Shown piece by piece: positions 54,559-64,000 of a DNA stretch of 64,000 bases (position 1 is the first letter of the stretch; the number at the start of each line of letters is the position of its first letter). Source of the DNA: an uncultured Planctomycetaceae bacterium (GTDB lineage: Bacteria; Planctomycetota; Planctomycetia; Planctomycetales; Planctomycetaceae); NCBI GenBank assembly GCA_963813715.1, contig CAWFAK010000008.1, positions 256,001 through 320,000 of the forward strand, read 5' to 3'. A model generated the notes under the pieces. It was given only the letters and a program-made list of their open reading frames with translations. It was not told the DNA's origin and searched no databases. A program made the translations under genes and the position numbers.

Positions 54559-55626
54559 TCAGTTACGGCTGGGCTGCTGGCCGTTCAGCCGCTGCCGCAG
54601 GTAGGTCGCCCGGGCGACGTTGCGTTCGGCCGATTTGAGATGTTCGTGCCGCAGCTTCTGCAGGTGGGCAGGCTGCGTGTAGATGAACAGCTCGTTGACC
54701 GTGGGGATCTGCAGGTCGTCGATCAGTCCCAGGTTGATCCCCATCCGCACGCTGGAGAGCAGGATCATCGTCTCTTCCGAGCTGATCGACTGCGCGCTCT
54801 TGAGCGTGCCGTACGCCCGCGACACTTTGTCGTGCAGCTCCTGGCGGTTCTTCTTCACCAGCTCGTCCCGCACGCGCCGCTCGTACGAGATGATGTTGGG
54901 CACCACGTCGCGAATCTCGTCGATCAGCTGCTCTTCGTTCTTGCCCAGCGTGATCTGGTTGGAGATCTGGTAGAAGTCGCCCATCGCCTGGCTGCCCTCG
55001 CCGTACAGGCCGCGGACGGCGAGGCTGATCTTCTGCAGGGCCTGGAAGACCTTTTTGATTTCGCCGGAGAGGCCTAGCGCGGGCAGATGGAGCATTACGC
55101 TCACGCGGATGCCCGTGCCGACGTTCGTGGGGCACGCGGTGAGGTAGCCCAACTGGTCGCTGAACGCGTAGGTGACGTATTCTTCGACGGCGTCGTCGAG
55201 TTTGTTGATGGCCGTCCAGCATTCGTCGAGGGCCAGGCCGCTGCGGAGGACCTGGATGCGGAGGTGGTCCTCCTCGTTAATCATCAGGCTGACGTTCTCT
55301 TCATCTCCGATGCCGACCCCACGGGAGCCGTGCGCCTCGGCATGCTCGCGGCTGATCAACTGCCGCTCGACGAGAAACTGCCGGTCGAGAGTCTCGAGGC
55401 GGGCGACGTCGACGTAGCTGAGCTTGGTGCCGACCCGAAGCTGATCGAGGTGCGTGCGCAGGAGTTCTTCGATCCGGCTTTTGGCGTCGTCATCCGCCCG
55501 GTTGGGGAAGGGGAACTGGGCCAGATTGCGAGCCAGGCGGATACGGCTGGAGATGACGATGTCGGAATCGGGCCCGCTGCCGCGCAGCCATTCGCCGCTG
55601 GTATGCGTCAGGCTGTCAATGTCCAA
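54559..55626 (-). CDS. mcsB: Protein arginine kinase
   Basis: SSRIRLARN, LVERQLIS, MINEEDHLRIQ, GYLTACPTNVGTG, VRGLYGEGS, YQISNQ; GGAGG RBS before TTG 55626. Confidence 0.96.
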   Translation of the reverse strand: MDIDSLTHTSGEWLRGSGPDSDIVISSRIRLARNLAQFPFPNRADDDAKSRIEELLRTHLDQLRVGTKLSYVDVARLETLDRQFLVERQLISREHAEAHGSRGVGIGDEENVSLMINEEDHLRIQVLRSGLALDECWTAINKLDDAVEEYVTYAFSDQLGYLTACPTNVGTGIRVSVMLHLPALGLSGEIKKVFQALQKISLAVRGLYGEGSQAMGDFYQISNQITLGKNEEQLIDEIRDVVPNIISYERRVRDELVKKNRQELHDKVSRAYGTLKSAQSISSEETMILLSSVRMGINLGLIDDLQIPTVNELFIYTQPAHLQKLRHEHLKSAERNVARATYLRQRLNGQQPSRN

Positions 55627-55766
55627 GTTCGATTCCCTCCGTCGTCCTCGCGCCCGGGCTCCCGAGAAATGGCGCAGTTGAGTGCGCTGCGCAGGGGCCA
55701 TTGCCCGCTGTCGTAGCGCCGGTTCATCGCGCCGGTCCGAGGAGGCGGATCCTGGCCGTCGAGCCG

Positions 55767-56276
55767 TCACGCGCGCGACTTGGACTCGAATTCCTTCTCT
55801 AGAGATTGGATCTCGTCGCGAATTCGAGCCGCTGTTTCGTATTCTTCTTCGTCGATGGCCGACCGCAACTCGCTCCGCAATTTGATGAGTCGGTATTGGA
55901 GCTGGCTGGCGTGAGGAGCCCGCTTGGGAAACTTGCCGGTGTGCTGCGTGTCGTTGTGGATGTTTTCCAGGAGCGGCTTCAGCTCCTTGGCAAACGCGAT
56001 GTAGTCGTGCGGGCAGCCCAGACGCCCCTGTTGGCGGAACTCGCGAAAGGTGATGCCACAGTTCGGGCAAACGAGATGGTCGAATTCCTCGTTCGCGCTC
56101 TCGCCCTCTTTGGCCGCGGATGGTTCGCTCGGTTCGCCGGCTTCGTCCTGGTCCTGGTCCTGGTTGAGATATTGCTGAGCGCAGCTTTCACACAGATGCA
56201 GCTCTTGCACGGCCCCCGAGCGAATTTCGGTGATGTGCAATGTCGCGGGCTTCGAGCAACGCTTGCATTTTGTCAT
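55767..56276 (-). CDS. mcsA: McsA protein-arginine kinase activator (UVR domain)
   Basis: CKRC, HLCESC, CPNCG.TF, GRLGCPHDY, H.GK.PK, EEYETAARIRDEI. Confidence 0.93.
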   Translation of the reverse strand: MTKCKRCSKPATLHITEIRSGAVQELHLCESCAQQYLNQDQDQDEAGEPSEPSAAKEGESANEEFDHLVCPNCGITFREFRQQGRLGCPHDYIAFAKELKPLLENIHNDTQHTGKFPKRAPHASQLQYRLIKLRSELRSAIDEEEYETAARIRDEIQSLEKEFESKSRA

Positions 56277-56338
56277 GAGGAACCAGGCTATGCGTCGCGA
56301 ACGAAAAATCTCGCGGGAAGGTGGGTCAAGCGCGATCA

Positions 56339-56366
56339 ATTCTAGCGGTGAGAGGGGGGCTGTCAA
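56339..56366 (-). promoter_or_regulatory. Sigma-70-type promoter for mcsA-mcsB
   Basis: TTGACA-N16-TAGAAT on the minus strand, about 60 bp upstream of mcsA. Confidence 0.6.
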
Positions 56367-56510
56367 GCGACGGTGCGCCGCGTCTTTTCGACGTAACGGC
56401 AAGTGGTTATTATGGATCGGCACGCGGGCACGAGACCTTTCGCGACTCGCGCCGAGCTCCCGCCGACGGCCGTCGGCAGTCCTCAAACCTTGAGTTTTTG
56501 CGCTCAATCC

Positions 56511-58007
56511 ATGCACGTCAGCCCCACATTCGAGGAGTTTCAAGCCGCCTCCGCCGACGGGAAAATTGTCCCCGTTTATCGCGAACTCTTCGGCGACACT
56601 TTGACGCCCGTCGAAGCCTACCGGCGGATCGCTCGCGGCACCTCGTCATTTCTTTTCGAGAGCGTGGTGGGGGGCGAGAAGATCGGCCGCTACAGCTTCC
56701 TCGGCGCCGATCCATTCTTACGGATCGAAGCCTTTGGCCAGAAGGTCGTGATCACCGAGGACGGGCGCTCCGAGGAGCGCGAATCCGCGGATCCGCTGCT
56801 GGATTTGGAGCGGTTGCTCGCGCGTTATCGCGGCCGTCACCTGCCGGGACTGCCGCGGTTTTGCGGCGGCGCGGTCGGTTATGCCGGCTACGACGTCGTC
56901 CGTTATTCAGAGCGTTTGCCCGATGCTCCGCCGGACGATCGCCGCGTACCCGACATGGCGTTCGCCTTCTACGATCGGATGGTCATCTTCGATCAAATTC
57001 GTAAGACGATCCTGGTCGTAGCCAACGCGCGGCCGGGTCGCGGCGATCTGCACGAGGCTTATGAACAGGCCACGGCACGCGTCGACGAACTGTGTCGACA
57101 GTTGGAGTCGGCTTCGCCGACCAGGCAGCTCCGCGACGTGCGACTGGAGAGCCAAACGGGACCCGAGTGGACCTCCAACGTCACTCAGCCGCAATTCGAG
57201 TCGGCCGTCGAGATGTGCAAGGAATACATCCGGGCCGGCGACATCTTTCAGGTCGTGATCAGCCAGCGCTGGGACCGACGCACGTCCGCCGGTCCGCTCG
57301 AGATCTATCGCGCGCTACGCGTGATCAATCCCAGTCCGTTCATGTTCCTCCTGCAAAGCCCCGGAGTGAACCTGGTCGGCAGCTCGCCGGAGATCATGGT
57401 GCGGGTCGAGGATGGTGTGGTCACGGTTCGCCCGCTGGCTGGCACGCGCCGTCGCGGCCGGGATGAGGCCGAGGACCGTCGCCTGGCCGAAGAGCTGCTG
57501 GCCGACCCCAAGGAACGGGCAGAGCACGTAATGCTGATCGATCTGGCCCGGAACGACGTGGGCCGCGTGGCCAGGTTCGGTTCGGTCGAGTTGAGCGACG
57601 TGATGGTCGTCGAGCGCTACAGCCACGTGATGCACATCACGTCGAACGTGCAGGGCCGGCTGACCCCCGGCACTACCGCGCTCGATGCGCTGCGGGCCGC
57701 GTTGCCCGCCGGCACGGTCTCGGGGGCTCCCAAGGTGCGGGCGATGCAAATCATCGATGAGGTGGAGCAAAACCGCCGCGGGCCCTACGCCGGCGCAGTG
57801 GGCTACGTTGATTTCACCGGCAACATGGACACCTGCATCGCGTTGCGGACGCTGGTCCTGTTGGGCGACCGCGCCTACATCCAGGCAGGGGCGGGGATCG
57901 TGGCCGACAGCGTGCCAGCCGCCGAATATGAAGAAACGCAAAACAAGGCCCAAGGCCTGATCAAAGCCGTCGAGCTGGCCGAGCGACAACTCACGTCGGA
58001 TGGATAA
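56511..58007 (+). CDS. trpE: Anthranilate synthase component I
   Basis: [63 protein letters not shown]. Confidence 0.96.
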   Translation: MHVSPTFEEFQAASADGKIVPVYRELFGDTLTPVEAYRRIARGTSSFLFESVVGGEKIGRYSFLGADPFLRIEAFGQKVVITEDGRSEERESADPLLDLERLLARYRGRHLPGLPRFCGGAVGYAGYDVVRYSERLPDAPPDDRRVPDMAFAFYDRMVIFDQIRKTILVVANARPGRGDLHEAYEQATARVDELCRQLESASPTRQLRDVRLESQTGPEWTSNVTQPQFESAVEMCKEYIRAGDIFQVVISQRWDRRTSAGPLEIYRALRVINPSPFMFLLQSPGVNLVGSSPEIMVRVEDGVVTVRPLAGTRRRGRDEAEDRRLAEELLADPKERAEHVMLIDLARNDVGRVARFGSVELSDVMVVERYSHVMHITSNVQGRLTPGTTALDALRAALPAGTVSGAPKVRAMQIIDEVEQNRRGPYAGAVGYVDFTGNMDTCIALRTLVLLGDRAYIQAGAGIVADSVPAAEYEETQNKAQGLIKAVELAERQLTSDG

Positions 58008-58237
58008 TGACGTCGGATGCGTAAGCTGGGCGGCGGACTCAGCTCGTCGTAGGCCGGGAGGCCTGCGCTTCCGCTCGCGCGGCTCAGCGGGCTCCCAAAA
58101 CGTGCGCCTCTTCGCCATCAATTCTTTGGCGGCTCGGGCGCAAAAAACGAGAGAGCTCCACAGCAAGCGGCCACGCGTCGCACACGCCTGTCCGCCCGCC
58201 GTCGAACCCTCTCTGCATATCGCCAGCGAGACCGAGC

Positions 58238-58377
58238 TTACTTCGCTTCTCGGTCGTCGTGGCCGAGGTCGTCTTGCCAGTCGCGTCCTTCGCCTTCGTC
58301 GTCGTCTTCTCTTCGGTGCAGCCGACGATCGCGACGGCGAAACAGGCAGTCAGCAACATCGCAGTGAGCTTCTTCAT
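58238..58377 (-). CDS. Small Thr/Lys-rich lipoprotein (3' end uncertain; as written the frame runs to 58084)
   Basis: GAGG RBS; MKKLTAMLLTACFAVAIVG-C lipobox followed by TEEKTTTKAKDATGKTTSATTTEK. Confidence 0.6.
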
Positions 58378-59016
58378 TGACGTTTCCTCAATTTCCTCAA
58401 CGTTTTGTGAGTCCCCACTTGTCCCGCCCCCCAAGGACGGGCTGATTGAAGTGGTCCATTGCATCAACTGAGACTCTCGCCGGCAACCGATTATTCCCCA
58501 TCTCCGAAAAAAAACTGCAAGTCCGCCAAACCAACCGGTTTGCCGCCGGCGCCGAGCAATCGCAGCTCGGTTCCGAGTGAATTGGCACGACCGACCCGGC
58601 GCCCGTTGACCCGCCACCGACTGTCCCAACATTGACGGTTGCGGCCTCAACGCGCCTCACCCCCCAAACCCTCCAAACGGGCTCGTCGCTGCGAAATTGC
58701 GTTGGCAATGCGAGTTCGGGGCAGTCAAAACGCTGCGACTTCAACGACGGCGATCGAGTACTTGCACCTGCGGAATGCCTGTACATTCCGAAGCCGGCTG
58801 GAGGGTCCTCCGGCGGCCTCTGACCCCTCGTGGCAAAGCCACGCGCCCGAACCATTTACCGTTCTCTTGGGGGTTTGGGCAGTTTTGCACGCATATTCGG
58901 CCCCGCCGGCAAAATCGATTCAACTCGCACGACCGATCTTTCCGAAACTTTCAGAATAGCTGCTACAGCCGGCACTACCGGTACAAGGTCTCCACGTCGC
59001 AAGATCGGGAAGATCG

Positions 59017-62000
59017 ATGAAAACGACAGCAAGAACCGCTCTGCTCGGCTTGCTCGTAAGCGCGAGTCTCCAGTCCCTGGCATGGGCGGACGATCCGAAT
59101 CCCGGTGCGACGAATCCCTTTGGGCCTAGTGCCCCGGCGAGAACTCTGCGCCAGCACCGTCGCCATCGGGCTTTGCGACGATTCCGGGCAGCCCGGCACC
59201 CTCCGGTGCTCAGACCGCCGGACACGTCGCTTTCGATTCGCCGCCGGCAAACGCTGCTCCTGGAAATTCAGCCCCGAACAACGCCGCACCCGCCAACGGG
59301 GCGCCTGCCACGCGGCAATAACTCTCAGCCCGGCCAGGTGTCGTACGACTCGATGAGCTCGACGACGACCGGTCCGACGTGGAACAACCCCTTCGGCATC
59401 GGCGATGGGCCCTTCGGTCCGACGTTCTTCCTCGATGGCAACTTCGGTCGCGGCGTCGGCTGGGACAGCAGCTCGTACGACGCCAGGTTGTACTACCCCT
59501 GGCACATCGTCCCTGGACAAAGTGCGGTCTTCGGCGTGTTGCAGGGTGGCGTCGACGACTTCGGCCGCTGCTACACCACCGGCGGCCTTGGCTATCGCGA
59601 ATACAGCCCCGATTGGAACCGCATTCAGGGCTTTTGGGGATTCGTCGACTACGACGACACGCACGACTTCGGCTTCACCCGTTACGGCCTCAGCTACGAA
59701 AACCTGGGCAAGTATTTCGACTTCCGCATCAACGGGTACATCCTCAACAACCAGGCAGAATTTACGGTCCAGGACGCCAACTTCGGCCAGCCGTTCTTCC
59801 GCAACTACGACATCCTGATGAGCCACATTCACAGTTCGGAAGTGGCGTATGACGGCATCGACGCGGAAATCGGCGGTCCGCTGCCGTTTCTCGGCCGGCA
59901 TGGCGTGAACGGATACATCGGCCCGTACTGGGTGCATAGCGCGCACGCCGGCGACGGGGTCGGCGTGCAGGGACGCGTCAATGTCGCCGTCACCGACAAC
60001 CTGCAGGTGAACGTGCAGGTGCAGGAAGACCCGATCTTCAACTCGACCGCCTTTGTCAACGTCTCGTACACGCTGCCGGACGGCATCCCAACCAAGTGGT
60101 TCAGCCCGACCGCCGTCGTCGACCGCCTGAACAGCATGGTCTGGCGCAAAGACCGCATCCCGGTCAACGAAGTCTCGAACATTTCGAGCAGCCCGCTGCT
60201 CAATCCGGCCAACGGCGAGCCAATCGACGTGATTCACGTCAACCCGAACCTGCCTGCCAACAGCGGCAACGGTACGGCCGAGAGCCCCTTCGGCTCGCTG
60301 GCCCTCGCCCAGGCGCACGACAATCCCAACGTCAACATCATTTACGTGCAGCCGCGGAACGACGGCACCGGCACCAACCTGACCACGAACGGCATGTTCC
60401 AGCTGTTCAACGATCAGAACGTGCTCAGCACGTCGGTCCGGCACGAAATCATCACGCTGGAAGGGAACTTCCAGCTCCCCGGCTTCATGCCCGGCACGCT
60501 GCCGATCGTCTCCAATCCGAGCAACAGCGCCACGAGCTACGTCTTCGGACTGGCGAACCGGGACCAGATTTCAGGCTTCCAGATCGACGGCACCGCGTCG
60601 AGCGGTTTCGGCAACGGAATCGGCAATCCGATTGGCCCGATCGTCGGCTTCAACATCAACCAGAACACGTTCACCAACTACGTGAATGCCGTCTCGCTTG
60701 AGAACGCCACCGGCACGACCGCTTACAACACGTTGAGCATCTTCCCCAACAACGGCATCGGCCAGTTCGTGAACAACACGGCGACCGGCCTCGCGGGGGT
60801 CTCGCAAAACGGCTTCGAGGTGCAGAACTACAACCCCGGGAACACGCCGGGCACGCTGACGCTCGTCGAGACCGGCAACACCTCGACGGGCAACGCGGGC
60901 AACGGCTTCCTCACCGCCACCGCCGACGCCAGCCAGACGATCAACGCCACCTTCACCGACAACACCGCGACTGGAAACGGCACCGGCTTCCAGTTCACGA
61001 CCGCGCCCGGCACGATCAACCTGGCGTTTGACGACAACGTCGCCAGCGCCAACATCGCCCCGTCGACGGGCGTCCATGTCGAGGCCGAGGGCGGCACCAT
61101 CAACGTCACCTCGTTCACGGGCAACACCGTCAGCGGGAACCTGGGCAACGGCGTCTGGTTCGACGCCAACAGCATCGTCGGCGGCGGCACGATCAACGTC
61201 ACCAACTTCCAGGGCAACACAATCACCAACAACGGCACGGCCGCCGTGCCGGTTATCGGCAGCGATCCGGACGGCTTGCTGATTTCGGCCAACGGCCCGA
61301 CCGCGATCGTCAACGCGGCGATCGGCGTGCTGGGCGGAACGCCCAACAACATTTCCAACAACGGTTCCGTCGGCGTCGGCGGGGCGGGCATCCACGTCTT
61401 CGTGACGAATGAAGGCACCGTCACCGGCTCGATCGTCAACAACAACATCGACAGCAACGTCGAGTACGGCATCAACTTCGACGCCAACGCCGGTCAGATC
61501 GGTCTGATCGGGGCCGCCCCCAACATGGCCGGGGCCCAGCCCTTCGTCGTCAATGCCAACAGCATCAGCGCCAACGGCAGCGCGGGCATCTTCGCTCGCC
61601 TGCAGAGCGACGCCGTCACAGGCAGCATGGCGGGCCTCGTGATCGAGAACAACTCGATCGTCGGCACGACCACCGGCATCAGCACCTTCGCACACGGCGA
61701 CGGCATCCACATCCGCACGGAAGGCAACTCCTTCCTGTGGGACCTCAACATCGCCGACAACTTCATCGGCATCAACTCGGCCGGCAGCGCCTCGCCGAAC
61801 GCCGGCAACGGCATCGCGATCGAGACGTTCGGCAACAGCATGTTGACGAACACTTCGGTCTTCACCTCGGTCCCGACGCCCAACAACAGCCTGGTGATGA
61901 TCACCGGCAACGAGATCCGCTTCAATGCCGGGGACGGCATCAACTTCCAGCGGAACGGCGACTCGGCGGTCAACAACGTCGACATCTTCTCCAACAACAT

Positions 62001-63987
62001 CTCCAACAACGGCGGCAACGGTATCGACGCCCTCATCGAAGGCGGCAACATCGACATCACCAACAACCGCTCGCACCTGACGATCGACTTCTTCATCCAA
62101 GGCAATAACATCTCCAACAACGGCAATATCTTCACCCACACCGGCAACGGCCTCTTCCTGCAGTCCTCGGGCGACGCCGACTTCCGCGTCACCCTGGGCG
62201 GCGCCGACGGGGCTGCCAACACGATTAACGGCAACGGCGCGGCCGGCGTGACCGCCGAGACCGTCGCCTTCTCGCAGGTCGAGGGTACGTGGGCCAACAA
62301 CACGATCGAGCAGAACGGCACCTTCGGCGTGGCCTTCGTCGACAACGATCTGACCGGGCCTGCCTTCAACGTGATCCTCACGGGCAACACCATCGAGCAC
62401 AACGTTTCCGACGGCATCAACTTCCAAACGGTTCCGATTATTCCGCTGGCCGGCGGCAACAGCACGATCGAAATCATCTCCAACACCATCAAGGCCAACG
62501 GCGGCGACGGCATCAACATCGAGCCCTCCGGCTCCTCCGTGGTCAACGTCAACATCATCGATAACCTGATCACCGCCAACACGCTCGACGGTATCCAGTT
62601 CACCTCCAACGAGTTCTCCATCATCAACTCGAGCTCCAGCGGCAACACCATCACCAACAACGGCGGCGACGGCTTGAACATGACCACCCAGCCCGGAATC
62701 GACGGCAACCTGTTCAACGGGAACGGCTTCATCAACGCCACCTTCACCGACAACAACATCTCCTTCAACACCGGCCACGGCATCGACATCCTGAACCAGT
62801 GGAACGGCGAGATCGACGCCAGCATCCAGGGCTCGGTGAATCCGAACACGGTCGGACCGGCCGCGGCAACGAACATCATCGACGCCAACGGCTTGGACGG
62901 CATCCTCGTCGAGAACGCCTCCGACCTGAGCCTGACCATGCAGACGCCGCTGAATTACTTCGATGGGTTCAACCAAATCCAACCGATCGTCCGCCTCTCC
63001 ATCAACCAGACGGAAATCAGCGGCAACGGCCTCAAGGCGATCACTCCGGACGACGGCGACGGTATCTTCATCATGGTCGGCACCAGCCAGTTCGGTTACA
63101 TCAATGCGTCGGTCACCAACAACCACTTCTCCGGAAACGCGAATATCGACTTCGTGACGCAGTCCTTCGTCACCACGAAGACGCCTGCGTCCGGCAACGC
63201 GCTGTTCAACCCGGCGAACGGAGGCATCGCCATCGGGACCACCGCACAAACGACGTTCCAACCCGATCCGGTGGCCCGGTTGGCGCTCACCCTGACCGGC
63301 AACGTCGGCAACACGATCGACGTCACCCGCGTGGGCGCCTTCTACGTGGATAACGACCCCCAGAAGTCAATTCCGGGCTTCTATACCGATCCGTTTGTGG
63401 CGGGCGGAGCATTCCAGTTCGTCACGGGCAGCGACGTCCGCGGGACCAACGCCCAACGTGAGCCGGGCACCTTCAACGTGGGCGGCGTGCCGATCGACGG
63501 CGGGGCCCTCACCATCGGCGGAATCTGGGGCACCTACGCCTTCTCCGCCAACCCGACTACGCCGGACACCGTGGCCACCACCACCCCGGCACCGACCGGG
63601 AGCTGGACGGGCACCAACGGGACCATCATCAACAGCGGCGACTTCGTGGGTGCCCAGGTCACGTTCCTCAACGGACCGGACGGCGGCGTGCAACGCATTC
63701 TCACCGCCACGACCAATACGACGCAGACCTTTACGATCACACAAACGCTGCCGATTGCTCCGGTGCCGGGCAACCAATTCACGGTGGCCTCGTTCGAGCT
63801 GGCTGGCGTCGGTCAATCGACCTTCGTCACCGATTCGGGCCCCTCGGTCCTGACGCACAACACATTTGCCACCGTGGTCAGCGACTTCGGCGACCAAGTC
63901 ACCACGCCGAACCCGAATTCGGTCGGGCAATTCACATTCACTTGGGCCACGGTCCCGCTGGGTTCGTTCGGATCGCCCTTCCCGTAA
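59017..63987 (+). CDS. Large surface protein: inverse-autotransporter-like N-terminal beta-barrel plus right-handed beta-helix passenger
   Basis: Signal peptide; 'GGLGYR', 'FWGFVDYD', 'DFRINGY', 'GIDAEIG', 'DRLNSMVWR' invasin-barrel-like motifs; about 1000 aa of 'N.I..N.GDGI' PbH1-like repeats. Confidence 0.8.
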   Translation: MKTTARTALLGLLVSASLQSLAWADDPNPGATNPFGPSAPARTLRQHRRHRALRRFRAARHPPVLRPPDTSLSIRRRQTLLLEIQPRTTPHPPTGRLPRGNNSQPGQVSYDSMSSTTTGPTWNNPFGIGDGPFGPTFFLDGNFGRGVGWDSSSYDARLYYPWHIVPGQSAVFGVLQGGVDDFGRCYTTGGLGYREYSPDWNRIQGFWGFVDYDDTHDFGFTRYGLSYENLGKYFDFRINGYILNNQAEFTVQDANFGQPFFRNYDILMSHIHSSEVAYDGIDAEIGGPLPFLGRHGVNGYIGPYWVHSAHAGDGVGVQGRVNVAVTDNLQVNVQVQEDPIFNSTAFVNVSYTLPDGIPTKWFSPTAVVDRLNSMVWRKDRIPVNEVSNISSSPLLNPANGEPIDVIHVNPNLPANSGNGTAESPFGSLALAQAHDNPNVNIIYVQPRNDGTGTNLTTNGMFQLFNDQNVLSTSVRHEIITLEGNFQLPGFMPGTLPIVSNPSNSATSYVFGLANRDQISGFQIDGTASSGFGNGIGNPIGPIVGFNINQNTFTNYVNAVSLENATGTTAYNTLSIFPNNGIGQFVNNTATGLAGVSQNGFEVQNYNPGNTPGTLTLVETGNTSTGNAGNGFLTATADASQTINATFTDNTATGNGTGFQFTTAPGTINLAFDDNVASANIAPSTGVHVEAEGGTINVTSFTGNTVSGNLGNGVWFDANSIVGGGTINVTNFQGNTITNNGTAAVPVIGSDPDGLLISANGPTAIVNAAIGVLGGTPNNISNNGSVGVGGAGIHVFVTNEGTVTGSIVNNNIDSNVEYGINFDANAGQIGLIGAAPNMAGAQPFVVNANSISANGSAGIFARLQSDAVTGSMAGLVIENNSIVGTTTGISTFAHGDGIHIRTEGNSFLWDLNIADNFIGINSAGSASPNAGNGIAIETFGNSMLTNTSVFTSVPTPNNSLVMITGNEIRFNAGDGINFQRNGDSAVNNVDIFSNNISNNGGNGIDALIEGGNIDITNNRSHLTIDFFIQGNNISNNGNIFTHTGNGLFLQSSGDADFRVTLGGADGAANTINGNGAAGVTAETVAFSQVEGTWANNTIEQNGTFGVAFVDNDLTGPAFNVILTGNTIEHNVSDGINFQTVPIIPLAGGNSTIEIISNTIKANGGDGINIEPSGSSVVNVNIIDNLITANTLDGIQFTSNEFSIINSSSSGNTITNNGGDGLNMTTQPGIDGNLFNGNGFINATFTDNNISFNTGHGIDILNQWNGEIDASIQGSVNPNTVGPAAATNIIDANGLDGILVENASDLSLTMQTPLNYFDGFNQIQPIVRLSINQTEISGNGLKAITPDDGDGIFIMVGTSQFGYINASVTNNHFSGNANIDFVTQSFVTTKTPASGNALFNPANGGIAIGTTAQTTFQPDPVARLALTLTGNVGNTIDVTRVGAFYVDNDPQKSIPGFYTDPFVAGGAFQFVTGSDVRGTNAQREPGTFNVGGVPIDGGALTIGGIWGTYAFSANPTTPDTVATTTPAPTGSWTGTNGTIINSGDFVGAQVTFLNGPDGGVQRILTATTNTTQTFTITQTLPIAPVPGNQFTVASFELAGVGQSTFVTDSGPSVLTHNTFATVVSDFGDQVTTPNPNSVGQFTFTWATVPLGSFGSPFP

Positions 63988-64000
63988 GATTCAGTCAATC

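Noticed and set aside
60571..63261. Long antisense ORFs (also 31887-33896, 42006-44327, 37617-39482, 6694-7938)
   Set aside because: Shadow frames of well-supported genes in high-GC DNA, with no recognisable motifs

Overview
GC-rich chromosomal segment from a planctomycete, judged by the PSD1/DUF1549-DUF1553 + DUF1501 pair, a LExR-type extracellular protein, YdjY, YXWGXW repeats and an isolated fhcA. It holds about 45 genes: housekeeping (hisF, queD, nadE, lpxA, trpE, mcsA/mcsB, eda, lctP), PilT/PilB-type ATPases and many envelope or secreted proteins. About 17 genes carry apparent single-base frameshifts, most likely uncorrected long-read errors, so broken genes are reported as single reconstructed CDSs. 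No rRNA, tRNA, CRISPR array or transposase was recognised. The best candidate for an undescribed system is a membrane-embedded one-component sigma-54 activator (6508-9540, minus). It sits divergently from palindromic UAS-like sites and a sigma-54 -24/-12 promoter (9835-9849) that points into a highly base-paired region with no convincing ORF (about 9861-10093), suggesting a signal-controlled structured ncRNA. Other notable items are a SLOG+2xSLATT conflict-type gene, a radical SAM/chorismate-lyase-like/thioesterase/ABC operon, a mosaic array of 5 spaced repeats after lpxA, and an inverse-autotransporter-like adhesin with a beta-helix passenger. All calls come from motif recognition by eye; no database searches were run.
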